NCBI GenBank assembly: GCA_003235575.1 | Contig: QJVW01000094.1 | Coordinates: 7,657 to 71,656 of the forward strand | Source: Candidatus Eiseniibacteriota bacterium | GTDB taxonomy: Bacteria; Eisenbacteria; RBG-16-71-46; SZUA-252 | Direction of reading: 5' to 3' | Length of the DNA stretch: 64,000 nt | Shown: positions 28,167-41,781 of the stretch, in pieces | How positions within the stretch are numbered: the stretch's first letter is position 1 | Layout: each line of letters starts with the position of its first letter | Translations under genes and position numbers: made by a program | Notes under the pieces: generated by a model | Database searches by the model: none | Told to the model about the DNA's origin: nothing | Seen by the model: the letters and a program-made list of their open reading frames with translations, nothing else

Positions 28167-29025
28167 GGCTGCCTCCGCCTGACGACGCACCGGGGCCACG
28201 GCGCAATCCACCGGTGGTCAGGAGCGCCACGTTGCCGAGGATGACCAGGATCACGATCACGACGTGGACCATGCTCTGGGCGTCCATGCCGCGCCGCGCG
28301 TCGCCGAAGAGGCCGGCCAGCCGCTCGTACTCGGCCGCGCCCTTCATGCCGCCCATCAGGCCGAGCAACTGTCCCGACGACAGGTACGGGTAGTAGTCGG
28401 TCGCCATGACCGCGGTGCAGCCGAGCAGAAGGGGCTTGTGGTAGCGCGTCGCGGCGATCCGGATGTAGTAGTCGGCGATGGCGGAACCCGACAGGTTGAT
28501 GACCAGCGGAAAGTCGGCGTAGGCGTTCAGGTTCGCCATCAACGGAATGTCGTCGATCGGCGTACCCCAGAAGTCCTCGGGGAACATGGAGCGGATGCTC
28601 TCGCCGAGGCCGAGGATCACGGACTGGCTCCCCGACTTGTATCCCAGGAACACGAAGTCGACATCGCGCTTCTTTCCTTCCGCCTCCGACGCGATGGCCA
28701 GCGCCCGCTCGATCAGCCCGGGGCCCGCGGGGTAGAGCGTCAGGATCACGGGCTTCAGGTTCCGTCGGAAACAGTGCCGCAGGACCGCGATCGACATCGG
28801 TTGCAGCTCCGCCATGATGTCCGGCTCGTAGTCCAGGGAAAGGAGCACGGGCGATCCCTCGGGAACCGACTCCACCGCGTCGTAGAACGCCTGGACGCGC
28901 GGCGTCGGCGTCACGGGCAGGTTGACGGGGAAGAGAAGCGGCACCGCCGTCGCCAATCCGACCAGGACGAAGATCCAGCGCCGATCGAGGCGGAGCAGCC
29001 GCCGCCAGAGACCCCCGTCGGCCAT
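28156..29025 (-). CDS. Uncharacterised membrane-anchored alpha/beta protein (gene 3 of the module)
   Basis: N- and C-terminal TM helices; DRRWIF, DYEP...ELQP, DFVFLGYKSG, YPYLSSGQLLGLMGGMKGAAEYE, MDAQS. Confidence 0.8.
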   Translation of the reverse strand: MADGGLWRRLLRLDRRWIFVLVGLATAVPLLFPVNLPVTPTPRVQAFYDAVESVPEGSPVLLSLDYEPDIMAELQPMSIAVLRHCFRRNLKPVILTLYPAGPGLIERALAIASEAEGKKRDVDFVFLGYKSGSQSVILGLGESIRSMFPEDFWGTPIDDIPLMANLNAYADFPLVINLSGSAIADYYIRIAATRYHKPLLLGCTAVMATDYYPYLSSGQLLGLMGGMKGAAEYERLAGLFGDARRGMDAQSMVHVVIVILVILGNVALLTTGGLRRGPGASSGGGSREP

Positions 29026-29027
29026 GA

Positions 29028-29645
29028 TCAGGCCTTCCCCATGTAGGAGCGGTCGATCCCGAGAATGATCTTCAGCGCGGTGGCCACCGCGCCGAGCCCG
29101 ACGCCGATCGCCACGCCGCGCTTGGCGGCCAGGTTCGGAACGTCCAGCAGCCACTCGGTGAGCGGCGGGAAGCCCGACCAGACGAACTCTCCGATCGAGA
29201 CGCGTCCGAACATCATGATCAACGCGGTGGCGAGAAGGAGCGTCGCCTCGGTGTTTCGCGCGCGAAAGGCGCGGAACGCGGCCGATGCGATGAAGAACGC
29301 GAGCAGGGCGAACATCGTCGAGGCGAGCGGCGCGTTCACGGCGTTGTAGATCCGGTTCACCAACGTGCCCTCCTCGACGCCTTGCACGACGCCCGCGACC
29401 GTGATCACCACGAGGGCGGCCACGGTGACGAAGCTGTACTTCGCCTGGGAGCCGCCCGCCCGCACCTTGTTGCCGTGGAGGACGAGCAGCGAAATCGAAC
29501 CGAGGGCGAGGGCGAACGCATAGACGATGTTGGCCCAGTCGAGCAGCTGCGTCTGGACCTGCTGGGCCCGGTAGTGCGGAATGAAGAAGATCGCGATGAG
29601 CATCGCGCCGACGAGGAAGGTGAGAACGAACGGGCCCTGGCGCAT
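29028..29645 (-). CDS. Uncharacterised integral membrane protein (gene 2 of the module)
   Basis: About 6 TM helices; PLASTMFALLAFFIASAAFRAFRAR, PNLAAKRG, ILGIDRSY. Confidence 0.8.
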   Translation of the reverse strand: MRQGPFVLTFLVGAMLIAIFFIPHYRAQQVQTQLLDWANIVYAFALALGSISLLVLHGNKVRAGGSQAKYSFVTVAALVVITVAGVVQGVEEGTLVNRIYNAVNAPLASTMFALLAFFIASAAFRAFRARNTEATLLLATALIMMFGRVSIGEFVWSGFPPLTEWLLDVPNLAAKRGVAIGVGLGAVATALKIILGIDRSYMGKA

Positions 29646-29664
29646 GATCTCTCTCGGTCGTCCC

Positions 29665-30462
29665 CTAGCTGGTCTTGAGCAGCTTGTCGATGTCGGTGTA
29701 GCCGAAGAACGTCGCGACCACCGCGGCCACGACGACGATCGCGGCGAGGATCTTCGCCCAATCCTGGGCGGTGATCGTGGCCAATTGCACCGGCTCGCGG
29801 CCCAGGTAGGCGCTGGCCGCGTAGAGCTCCTCGCCGAGCAACGTGTAGTCGCAGGAACAGACGAAGAACGGAAGCTGGGTGACCTGATCGCAGCCGGCGA
29901 TCTGAATCGCGCCGGTCTCGTTCCCCGTCTCGGCCAGGAACAGCGACTCGGCGTACCACGATCCCATGTAGACGTTGGCCGCCGGCCGCTCGCGAAGCAT
30001 GAGGCCGGTCACGGCCGCCACGTACGCGAACTGCGCCGCCGCCACGTACTGGACGGTTCCCGACCGGTAGGAATCGAGGCGGCCGGCCTGCGTGTAGGCC
30101 TCGCGCGTGGCGCTGTCGATCAGCACCGCGACCACCGGGTCATAGCAGGGCACCAGCAAGCCGCACCCCATGTCGGCGACGCGCCGGGCGACGCGGCTCG
30201 AGATCGTGACGGCGGCCAGGGTCCCGACCTCGCTCATGTCCCCCAAACCCGGAAGATAGAGGACCGGTCGTCCCATTTCGGTGGCGCGTCCGATCGCCTC
30301 GTCCAGCGCTTGGAGCGCGGGAAGCGTGCGAATGTAGAGACCGCTCGGGGCGCGTCGCGCCCGGCGGAGGTTCACGAATAGGAATAGGATGAATAGCGAG
30401 AGACCGACGAGCAGATTGATGCGGTTCGGGTCGAACCAGCGGACGTCGAGGGCTTCGTCCAT
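29665..30462 (-). CDS. DUF6754-like membrane protein (gene 1 of the module)
   Basis: LDEAIGRATEMGRPV, AESLFLAETG, QIAG, QLPFF...CDYTLLGEELYAASAYL. Family name recalled from these motifs, not searched. Confidence 0.75.
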   Translation of the reverse strand: MDEALDVRWFDPNRINLLVGLSLFILFLFVNLRRARRAPSGLYIRTLPALQALDEAIGRATEMGRPVLYLPGLGDMSEVGTLAAVTISSRVARRVADMGCGLLVPCYDPVVAVLIDSATREAYTQAGRLDSYRSGTVQYVAAAQFAYVAAVTGLMLRERPAANVYMGSWYAESLFLAETGNETGAIQIAGCDQVTQLPFFVCSCDYTLLGEELYAASAYLGREPVQLATITAQDWAKILAAIVVVAAVVATFFGYTDIDKLLKTS

Positions 30463-30468
30463 CGGCGG

Positions 30469-30498
30469 ACGCTAGCACGGCCTCGCGTGCGGGGTCAA
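30469..30498 (-). promoter_or_regulatory. sigma70-like, leaderless-type promoter of the DUF6754-like module
   Basis: TTGACC-N18-TAGCGT (preceded by TGC), 6 nt before ATG 30462; no Shine-Dalgarno. Confidence 0.55.
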
Positions 30499-32408
30499 CG
30501 GCTCGGCGGCGTCTTCGGGTCGGGAGGGGCGTCTTCCTGGAAGAACTCCGCCAGGCGTCGCGCCGCCGACGGATCGATGCGTTGCAACACGCGGCGCTCC
30601 TCGGCCGCTCGGGTCTTGTCTCCCAGACGAAGGTAGGCGAGGGCCAGATTCATGCGTGCCTGGGAGGTCGTCGGAGAAAGCTCGACGGCCTTCGCGTACG
30701 CGTCGCGCGCCTCGGGCAGCATTCCCTGGCTGCCGTAGAGCGCGCCGAGGTTGTTCCACGCTTCGACCATCGTGGAATCGACCGCGAGCGCGCGCCGGTA
30801 GGCCGCGGCCGCGCCGTCGATGTCCTGCGCGGCGGCGAGCGAGACGCCGTAGTTGTACCAGACGACGGCGCTCGTCGAGTCGATGGTGACCGCGCGGCGG
30901 GAGGCGACGAGCGCCTCCTCCATCTTCCCCTGCTGCGCCAAGGCGTCGCCCAGGTTGGCCCACGACTCCGCGTTGTCCGGCGTCAACGCGACGGCGCGGC
31001 GCGCGGCGGCCTCGGCCTCCTCCCAACGGCCCAGGGACCCCAGGGTCAGGACGCGACGCGTATGCGCCTCGGCGAGCGTCGAGTCGCGCGCGAGGGCGCG
31101 ATCGAGCTCGGCCAGCGCCGACGCCGCGTCGCCGATCGCCGCGTGCTGTTCGGCGAGCTGGAGGTGCGGCTGTGGATCCGATGGGTCGGCATCGGCGGCG
31201 GCCTGGAGCAGCGAGACGTTGTTCCGCCACGCCGGAATCCGCGCCGTCGTGGCGACGCCGGCGGCGGCCGCGAGGAGCACGCCGGCGATCACGACGGGCA
31301 GCGGGGAAAGGCGGGACGACAGCCAGACCAGCACCGAGCCGGCGAGAACGCAGAAGCCGGCGGACGCGAGATAGGCGGATCGCTCGGACACGTAGGCCGT
31401 GGTCAATCCGGGAAACGGCAGCGCCGGGAGCAGGCCCAGCACCAGAATCACGAGCCCCACCCGCGCGGCGGCGTCGTGGCGACGCCACCATCCGATCGCT
31501 GCGAGCGCCACGAAGCCGGCCAGGGTCACGCCCCAGGCGGCGAGGTTCGCGGCGTCGGCCGCCGAGAGGGATCGCATGGCGTTCAGGGGGTAGGGCCAGA
31601 GGAAGAGCTTCAGGTACGCCCCCGCCGCCAAGGGAAGAGCGGCCAGCTCGTGGCCCGGCGCGATGCCGCGCTCCACCCACGTCGCGACGTGCGCCGCGGG
31701 GAACGCGACGCGGAGAAGGCTCGTCACGATCCAGATCACGAGGAATCCCGCGTAGTGCGACCGCCGCGGCCCGGCGGGAACGCGCTCCGGACCCCAGCGG
31801 TCCAGTCCCCAGAGGATGAAGGGGACGACGAGCGCCGTGTCGTCCGTCAGGGCCGCCAAGGCGTAGAGTCCATACGCCCACCAGATCGATCGCGATCGGG
31901 CGCCGTGCGGGCCGCGAAGCGTCGGCGTGCGCGCCGCCAGAACCGCCGCGATGGAGAAGACCGCCGCGATCATCGCGGGGCGGCCGGTCGCGTACACCAC
32001 CGACTCGATGTGCACGGGGTGGGCGCCGAAGGCGAGCGCGATCACGAACGCGATGACGGCGGAGAGGCCGACGTGGGTCGCGAGAAGAAAGACGAGCCAG
32101 GTCCCCACCGCGTGGGCGATCAGGCCCGTGAAGTGGAAGAGCGCGGGATTGCCGGCCCCCAGCCACCACTCGCCGCGCTGCAGCCATCCGATGAACGGCC
32201 GGAATCCCTCGACCGCCGCGCCGCCGGCGCCGTGGCTCGCCACGAGGAGGGCGTCGTCCCACGTCCACCCGTGCTGCAGCGCGGGCAGGTAGAGGAGCCC
32301 GGCCACCAGCGCGGCCAGGATGCCCAGCGCGTCGGCGTTTCGCCGCGGGAGCGCGGCCTGCTGTGGCGCCGAAGCGCCTCCCTTCGGGGCTTCCTTCCTG
32401 TTCGGCAC
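30495..32408 (-). CDS. TMTC-like membrane glycosyltransferase (GT-C) with C-terminal TPR repeats
   Basis: WTWDD acidic motif after TM1, FRP, FH, FGAHPVHIESV, ERSAYL, W-x-NN; about 6 TPRs (AESWANLG, VEAWNNLG). Confidence 0.75.
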   Translation of the reverse strand: MPNRKEAPKGGASAPQQAALPRRNADALGILAALVAGLLYLPALQHGWTWDDALLVASHGAGGAAVEGFRPFIGWLQRGEWWLGAGNPALFHFTGLIAHAVGTWLVFLLATHVGLSAVIAFVIALAFGAHPVHIESVVYATGRPAMIAAVFSIAAVLAARTPTLRGPHGARSRSIWWAYGLYALAALTDDTALVVPFILWGLDRWGPERVPAGPRRSHYAGFLVIWIVTSLLRVAFPAAHVATWVERGIAPGHELAALPLAAGAYLKLFLWPYPLNAMRSLSAADAANLAAWGVTLAGFVALAAIGWWRRHDAAARVGLVILVLGLLPALPFPGLTTAYVSERSAYLASAGFCVLAGSVLVWLSSRLSPLPVVIAGVLLAAAAGVATTARIPAWRNNVSLLQAAADADPSDPQPHLQLAEQHAAIGDAASALAELDRALARDSTLAEAHTRRVLTLGSLGRWEEAEAAARRAVALTPDNAESWANLGDALAQQGKMEEALVASRRAVTIDSTSAVVWYNYGVSLAAAQDIDGAAAAYRRALAVDSTMVEAWNNLGALYGSQGMLPEARDAYAKAVELSPTTSQARMNLALAYLRLGDKTRAAEERRVLQRIDPSAARRLAEFFQEDAPPDPKTPPSR

Positions 32409-32509
32409 GGCGGTAGAGTGCCCGTGACGGCGTCTCGTTGCAAGCGCATCGTGCGCGAAGGGTCGACGGCCCCGCGCGCGACCGTGCCCTCAGGGAAGGG
32501 AGGCTTCGC

Positions 32510-33391
32510 ATGGCGGATGTCATGGACGAGAGAATCCGGGCGATTCAGGTCACGGCAGGCATCGGCTTCACGCTGGGCGCGATTCTCGTCGCCCTCTCGT
32601 TGTTCCTCTATCCGACCCTTCCGCCGGCCAACGAGACCAACCTCGTGGTCGACGCCCTCTCCAAGCAGGGGGCCGGCGGGTGGATGATGCTTCACGCGGT
32701 TCTCGTCCTCGGTTTCGTGCTGGTGGCGATCGGATTCACCGCGTACGGGTTCCTGCTCCACCTGAAGGGCTCCTCCGGCGCGGCGGCCGTCGCCACGGCC
32801 TGCGCCCTGGTCGGCGCGACGCTCTGGGCGGGCTTCCTGTCCGCCGAGTTCTTCGTGCACGGCTTCCTGATGAACCTGATTTCCATCGAGCCGGGTCTGG
32901 GAACGATGCTGTTCAGCATCTACTGGTTCTGGAAGCTGGGGGCGATCGCCGTCGGCGCCGCGCTTCTCTTCGCGGCCGTCGTGGCCGCCGGGTGGGGGGG
33001 CCTGACGCGGAAACTCCAGCCGGCCTGGCTTGGCGGCGGCGGCATGCTCTTCGGCGCCATCGGCCTCATCGTCTACGGACTCGATTTCCTCGCCGCGAGC
33101 GCCACCGGGGCGCCGATCAACCCGATGCGAAATCCGGCGGTCCGTTTCGCGGTGGGCCTGCCGCTCCAGCTCTGGCTGGTCGGCCTCGGCGCGATGCTCC
33201 TGTCGGAGTGGTGGTCCAAGGCGGCGGGGAGCGTCGCCCCGGGAAGCGGCCGACGCGATACGGTGCGCACGACGGGCCGGGCGCCGATGGCCGCCACGGA
33301 TCAGAAGCCGGGGCTGGAGCGGCAGAAGCCGTCCGCGCCGGCGCCGCCGCCCGTGGACGACCCGAAGCCGCTGCCGCCGCCGATTCCGTGA
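32510..33391 (+). CDS. Hypothetical membrane protein (about 6 TM, Pro-rich C-terminal tail)
   Basis: Hydrophobic helices; GGAGG RBS before ATG 32510. Confidence 0.7.
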   Translation: MADVMDERIRAIQVTAGIGFTLGAILVALSLFLYPTLPPANETNLVVDALSKQGAGGWMMLHAVLVLGFVLVAIGFTAYGFLLHLKGSSGAAAVATACALVGATLWAGFLSAEFFVHGFLMNLISIEPGLGTMLFSIYWFWKLGAIAVGAALLFAAVVAAGWGGLTRKLQPAWLGGGGMLFGAIGLIVYGLDFLAASATGAPINPMRNPAVRFAVGLPLQLWLVGLGAMLLSEWWSKAAGSVAPGSGRRDTVRTTGRAPMAATDQKPGLERQKPSAPAPPPVDDPKPLPPPIP

Positions 33392-33407
33392 TCCGGCCCC
33401 CGGGGCG

Positions 33408-34061
33408 CTAGGGCGTCGGCGGGGCGCCGTGGAGCATGGAGCGGACGATCGGCGAGAGGCCCGCGAAGAACGACTCCACCGCGATGACCATCACGATCAG
33501 TCCCATGAGTCGGGTCAGCACCTTGTTGCCGCTGGACCCGATGCGGGACAGGATCCGCTGCCCGTTGACCAGGATCAAGAAGGTCAGGGCGATGACGAGG
33601 AACATCGCGACGAAGAGCTCGACCCGGTGGAGCACCGTGCGACTCTCGTTCATCAGCAGGATCACGCTCACGATCGTGCCCGGCCCGGCCAACATGGGCG
33701 TTCCGAGGGGCGTGATGGCGATGTCCTCGACGAACGCGGCGGCCGACTCGTCGTCGTGCTTGGTGCGCGTGGGACGGCCCTGCAGCATTTCGAATCCGAT
33801 GAGGAAGAAGAGCACGCCGCCCACGATGCGCATGCTGTCGGTCGAGATGTGGAAGAACTGGAAGATGAACCGCCCGCCCACCGCGAACACCAGCATGATC
33901 AGAAGCGCCGTCGTCGTCGCCCGCAGCGCGGCGCGGCGCGCCTGGGGCGGGGAGAGGGTCGAGGTCATCGCCAGGTAGATCGGCACGACGGGAAGCGGAT
34001 TCACCATCGTGAAGAGCGTGACGAAGCAGAGAATCGCGAATTGGGGGCTGGCCTCGATCAT
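33408..34061 (-). CDS. MarC family (NAAT) membrane protein
   Basis: LFTMVNP, IAITPLGTPMLAGPGTI, RLMGLI. Confidence 0.92.
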   Translation of the reverse strand: MIEASPQFAILCFVTLFTMVNPLPVVPIYLAMTSTLSPPQARRAALRATTTALLIMLVFAVGGRFIFQFFHISTDSMRIVGGVLFFLIGFEMLQGRPTRTKHDDESAAAFVEDIAITPLGTPMLAGPGTIVSVILLMNESRTVLHRVELFVAMFLVIALTFLILVNGQRILSRIGSSGNKVLTRLMGLIVMVIAVESFFAGLSPIVRSMLHGAPPTP

Positions 34062-34176
34062 GCCGGGAGACTACAGGAGGCGCGTCGCCCAGGTCCATCG
34101 CGTGGGCGCGTCCGGAGCGCCCGCGCGATCGAACAGGCATTGACCCCCGCCCGCGCGCCGCCCACTATCACTCGCC

Positions 34177-35487
34177 GTGACTCCGTTCGAAGTCTTCGCC
34201 ACCATCACGACGCTGGCCGGCCTCTTCAGTTGGATCAATCATCGCTGGATCCGGCTCCCCACGACGATCGGGTTGATGGTGATCTCGATGGGCGCCTCCC
34301 TGGCGCTCGTGATGCTGCACGCCCTGGGGCGTTTTCAGGCCGATCCGCTGATTCCCGTGCTGCGCGGCGTCGACTTCCACGACGCGCTCCTAAACGGCAT
34401 GCTCGGCGCCCTCCTCTTCGCCGGGGCGCTCCATCTGAAACTCGACGATCTGCTCTCCCAGAAATGGGCGATCGCGATCCTCGCGACCGGCAGCGTGGTG
34501 ATCTCGACGCTGATCGTCGGCATCGGTTCCTGGGCCATCTTCCATCTGTTCGGCATCGCCATTCCGTTCGTCTACTGCCTCCTGTTCGGCGCGCTGATCT
34601 CGCCGACGGATCCCATCGCCGTCGGCGCCATCCTCCGCAAGGCGGGCGTGCCGCGCTCGCTGGGGATCAAGATCACCGGCGAATCGCTCTTCAACGACGG
34701 ATTCGGCGTCGTGATCTTCGTGCTGGTCCTCGGCGTGGCGACCGCGGGGGAGGCGGCGTCCTTCTCCCACGTCGTCCGGCTGTTCGTCACGGAAGCCGGC
34801 GGCGGAATCCTGTACGGCCTCGTCGTCGGCTGGATCGTCTACCGGTTGTTGAAGGAGGTCGATCAGTACGACGTGGAGATCCTGATCACGCTGGGGCTGG
34901 TGACGGGCGGATACGCCCTGGCCCACAGGCTCCACGTGTCGGGGCCGCTCGCCATGGTGGTCGCGGGCTTGATGATCGGAAACCAGGGGCGCGTCTACGC
35001 CATGTCGGCCCGGACGCAGGAGCGCCTCGATTCGTTCTGGGAGCTGGTCGACAACTTCCTGAACGCCGTGCTCTTCGTCCTGATCGGCCTCGAGGTCGTG
35101 CTCCTGGACTACGCGCCGCTCGCGCTCGTGGCGGGATTTCTCCTGATTCCGCTCGTTCTGACCGCCCGCTGGATCAGCGTCGGCATCCCCATCACGCTGC
35201 TGCGAAGGCTCCGCCTGGCCGTGAGTCCGCACGCCGTGAAGATCCTCACCTGGGGCGGACTGCGCGGTGGAATCTCCGTCGCGCTGGCGCTCTCGGTTCC
35301 CCCGGGGAAGTACTACGACCTGATCCTCACCGGCACGTACATCGTCGTCGCCTTCTCCATCATCGTGCAGGGGCTCTCGACGGGCCGCCTGGCGCGGCGC
35401 TGGACGGCGGCCCCGGCTCCGCGTTCGCGGCCCCCCCAAGCAAACGGCCCCGGAGCCGAAGCCCCGGGGCCGCCGTTGGCCGATTAG
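34177..35487 (+). CDS. CPA1/NhaP-type Na+/H+ antiporter
   Basis: LLFAGAL, ISPTDPIAV, ITGESLFNDG, WGGLRGGISVALAL; TTGACC-N17-CACTAT at 34140-34168. Confidence 0.93.
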   Translation: MTPFEVFATITTLAGLFSWINHRWIRLPTTIGLMVISMGASLALVMLHALGRFQADPLIPVLRGVDFHDALLNGMLGALLFAGALHLKLDDLLSQKWAIAILATGSVVISTLIVGIGSWAIFHLFGIAIPFVYCLLFGALISPTDPIAVGAILRKAGVPRSLGIKITGESLFNDGFGVVIFVLVLGVATAGEAASFSHVVRLFVTEAGGGILYGLVVGWIVYRLLKEVDQYDVEILITLGLVTGGYALAHRLHVSGPLAMVVAGLMIGNQGRVYAMSARTQERLDSFWELVDNFLNAVLFVLIGLEVVLLDYAPLALVAGFLLIPLVLTARWISVGIPITLLRRLRLAVSPHAVKILTWGGLRGGISVALALSVPPGKYYDLILTGTYIVVAFSIIVQGLSTGRLARRWTAAPAPRSRPPQANGPGAEAPGPPLAD

Positions 35488-35520
35488 AACGCCGCGTCGC
35501 CGCGGCGGTCGCCTACCCGA

Positions 35521-38289
<2,769 letters not shown>

Positions 38290-38501
38290 GACTCCTTCCA
38301 ACACCGCCGTTCCTTCGTCTACCGTCGTTCCTTCACTTCCGAGATCCCTCGCCATTCTGCAGCCCCTCTTGCAGTCATCCCACACCCGAGGGCCGCGATC
38401 CCTTGCGACCCCCCCAAGGGCGCCCGCGGAAGCCCGTCGAGCGCGTTTTCAAGACCGGGGTCGCACGATAGAGGACGGGGTGCGAAGGGCGTCAAGGAAA
38501 A

Positions 38502-38548
38502 ACACAACATGTAGGGGTCCTGCATCATTTTACCCCAACCTATTGATG
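38502..38548. promoter_or_regulatory. Tandem NrdR boxes upstream of nrdJ
   Basis: ACACAACATGTAGGGG (38502-38517) and CCCCAACCTATTGATG (38533-38548) resemble acaCwAtATaTwGtg; their starts are 31 bp apart, the usual spacing. Confidence 0.75.
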
Positions 38549-38776
38549 CAGGAAATGGCATACCGTCGCGCCCGGGCGGGCCGGCGGCGCGGTTCCGGGC
38601 CGCCCCCATCGCTCTTTGGATGACGCCCGCCCCGGAACGGGCCTGGGGCAGGGGCCGGTCGGCCCGGCGCGCGGCCCGCTTCCCATGAGGGGGTCCGGTC
38701 CCTATCCTGGCGGAGGGGCCGTGCCAGGGAGGGGCGCCCGCCGCCTTCCTCGGCCGACCGGAGCGGGAGGAACGTC

Positions 38777-39199
38777 ATGCCGGGCGACTACCATTACCTG
38801 GACGACTCCGACGCCTACGTCACCGTCTACTGGGGCAAGCTGTCCCTGCTCGACCTCCTCGAGACCATCTTGAGCCGAGCGCAGGATCCCGATCTGAAGA
38901 CGGCGAAGGTGCACGTCATCGATCTCTCCGAGCCGACCTGGGCGGAGGCGCCTTCCGAGCGGCTGCACGATCAGGTCGATCGGTTGCGCCAGGCGTTCGC
39001 GCCGCCGAAGATGCGCACGATCCTCGTGGCGCCCGGCGAGTTCTTCTACGGCTTCGCGCGCTTCTACGCGATCGTGCAGGTCGTCTACGCGTCGGCGCGC
39101 GTGGACGTCGTTCGCTCGTGGGACGAGGCCGCCGCGGCGGCCGGCATGGATCTCACGTCCGCGCGGGCGTGGGCGAAGGAACGCATCGCGCGCGGGTAG
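38777..39199 (+). CDS. Hypothetical protein, STAS/SpoIIAA-like alpha/beta fold
   Basis: GGAGG RBS; [21 protein letters not shown]...AW. Confidence 0.6.
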   Translation: MPGDYHYLDDSDAYVTVYWGKLSLLDLLETILSRAQDPDLKTAKVHVIDLSEPTWAEAPSERLHDQVDRLRQAFAPPKMRTILVAPGEFFYGFARFYAIVQVVYASARVDVVRSWDEAAAAAGMDLTSARAWAKERIARG

Positions 39200-39333
39200 C
39201 TCCGCCGGCCACCCGCGCGCACGCGGCGAGACGCCTTGAACCGGCGTCGACGACGCTGGCATACTCTGCACCTCGCGGGCGGCCGCCGTCGCAGCCGTGT
39301 TCGGTCGCCGACTCGACACACCGGAGGATCCCC

Positions 39334-41349
<2,016 letters not shown>

Positions 41350-41385
41350 GCGTCGTTGGCCGTTCCAACCACGGAAGGAGCGTTC

Positions 41386-41781
41386 ATGCTACGGAAGCTG
41401 CTGCTCCCGACCCTCGTGATCACCGTCGTCTGGGCCGTGCTCGATTTCATCATGCACGGTCTGATCCTGCGATCGCAGTACCTCGCCACCCCCGCGCTCT
41501 GGCGGCCGATGGGCGAGACGAAGATGGGGGTCATGTACTTCGCGGTCTTCATCTCGGCGCTCGCCTTCGCGGCGATCTGGTACCGGTTCGTACGCCCGAA
41601 GAACGCCGCGAACGCGCTCCTCTACGGGGTCTGGTTCGGGCTGGGGCACGGCATCGCCTTCGGCTACGGCGCGTACGCGGTCATGCCGATTCCGTACACG
41701 ATGGCCCTGACGTGGTTCCTGGGCACCATCGTCCAGGGCGCGGTGGCCGGCGTGATCTGCGGGGCGATCGTCAAGGAGTGA
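41386..41781 (+). CDS. Small 4-TM hypothetical membrane protein
   Basis: Four hydrophobic helices; GAAGGAG RBS. Confidence 0.7.
   Translation: MLRKLLLPTLVITVVWAVLDFIMHGLILRSQYLATPALWRPMGETKMGVMYFAVFISALAFAAIWYRFVRPKNAANALLYGVWFGLGHGIAFGYGAYAVMPIPYTMALTWFLGTIVQGAVAGVICGAIVKE

Noticed and set aside
24405-28244. 1279-aa plus-strand ORF, and similar long ORFs at 9447-11411, 33030-35552 and 35758-38514
   Set aside because: Arg/Gly/Ala-rich with no motifs, and overlapping well-supported genes in another frame or strand; typical shadow frames of high-GC DNA.
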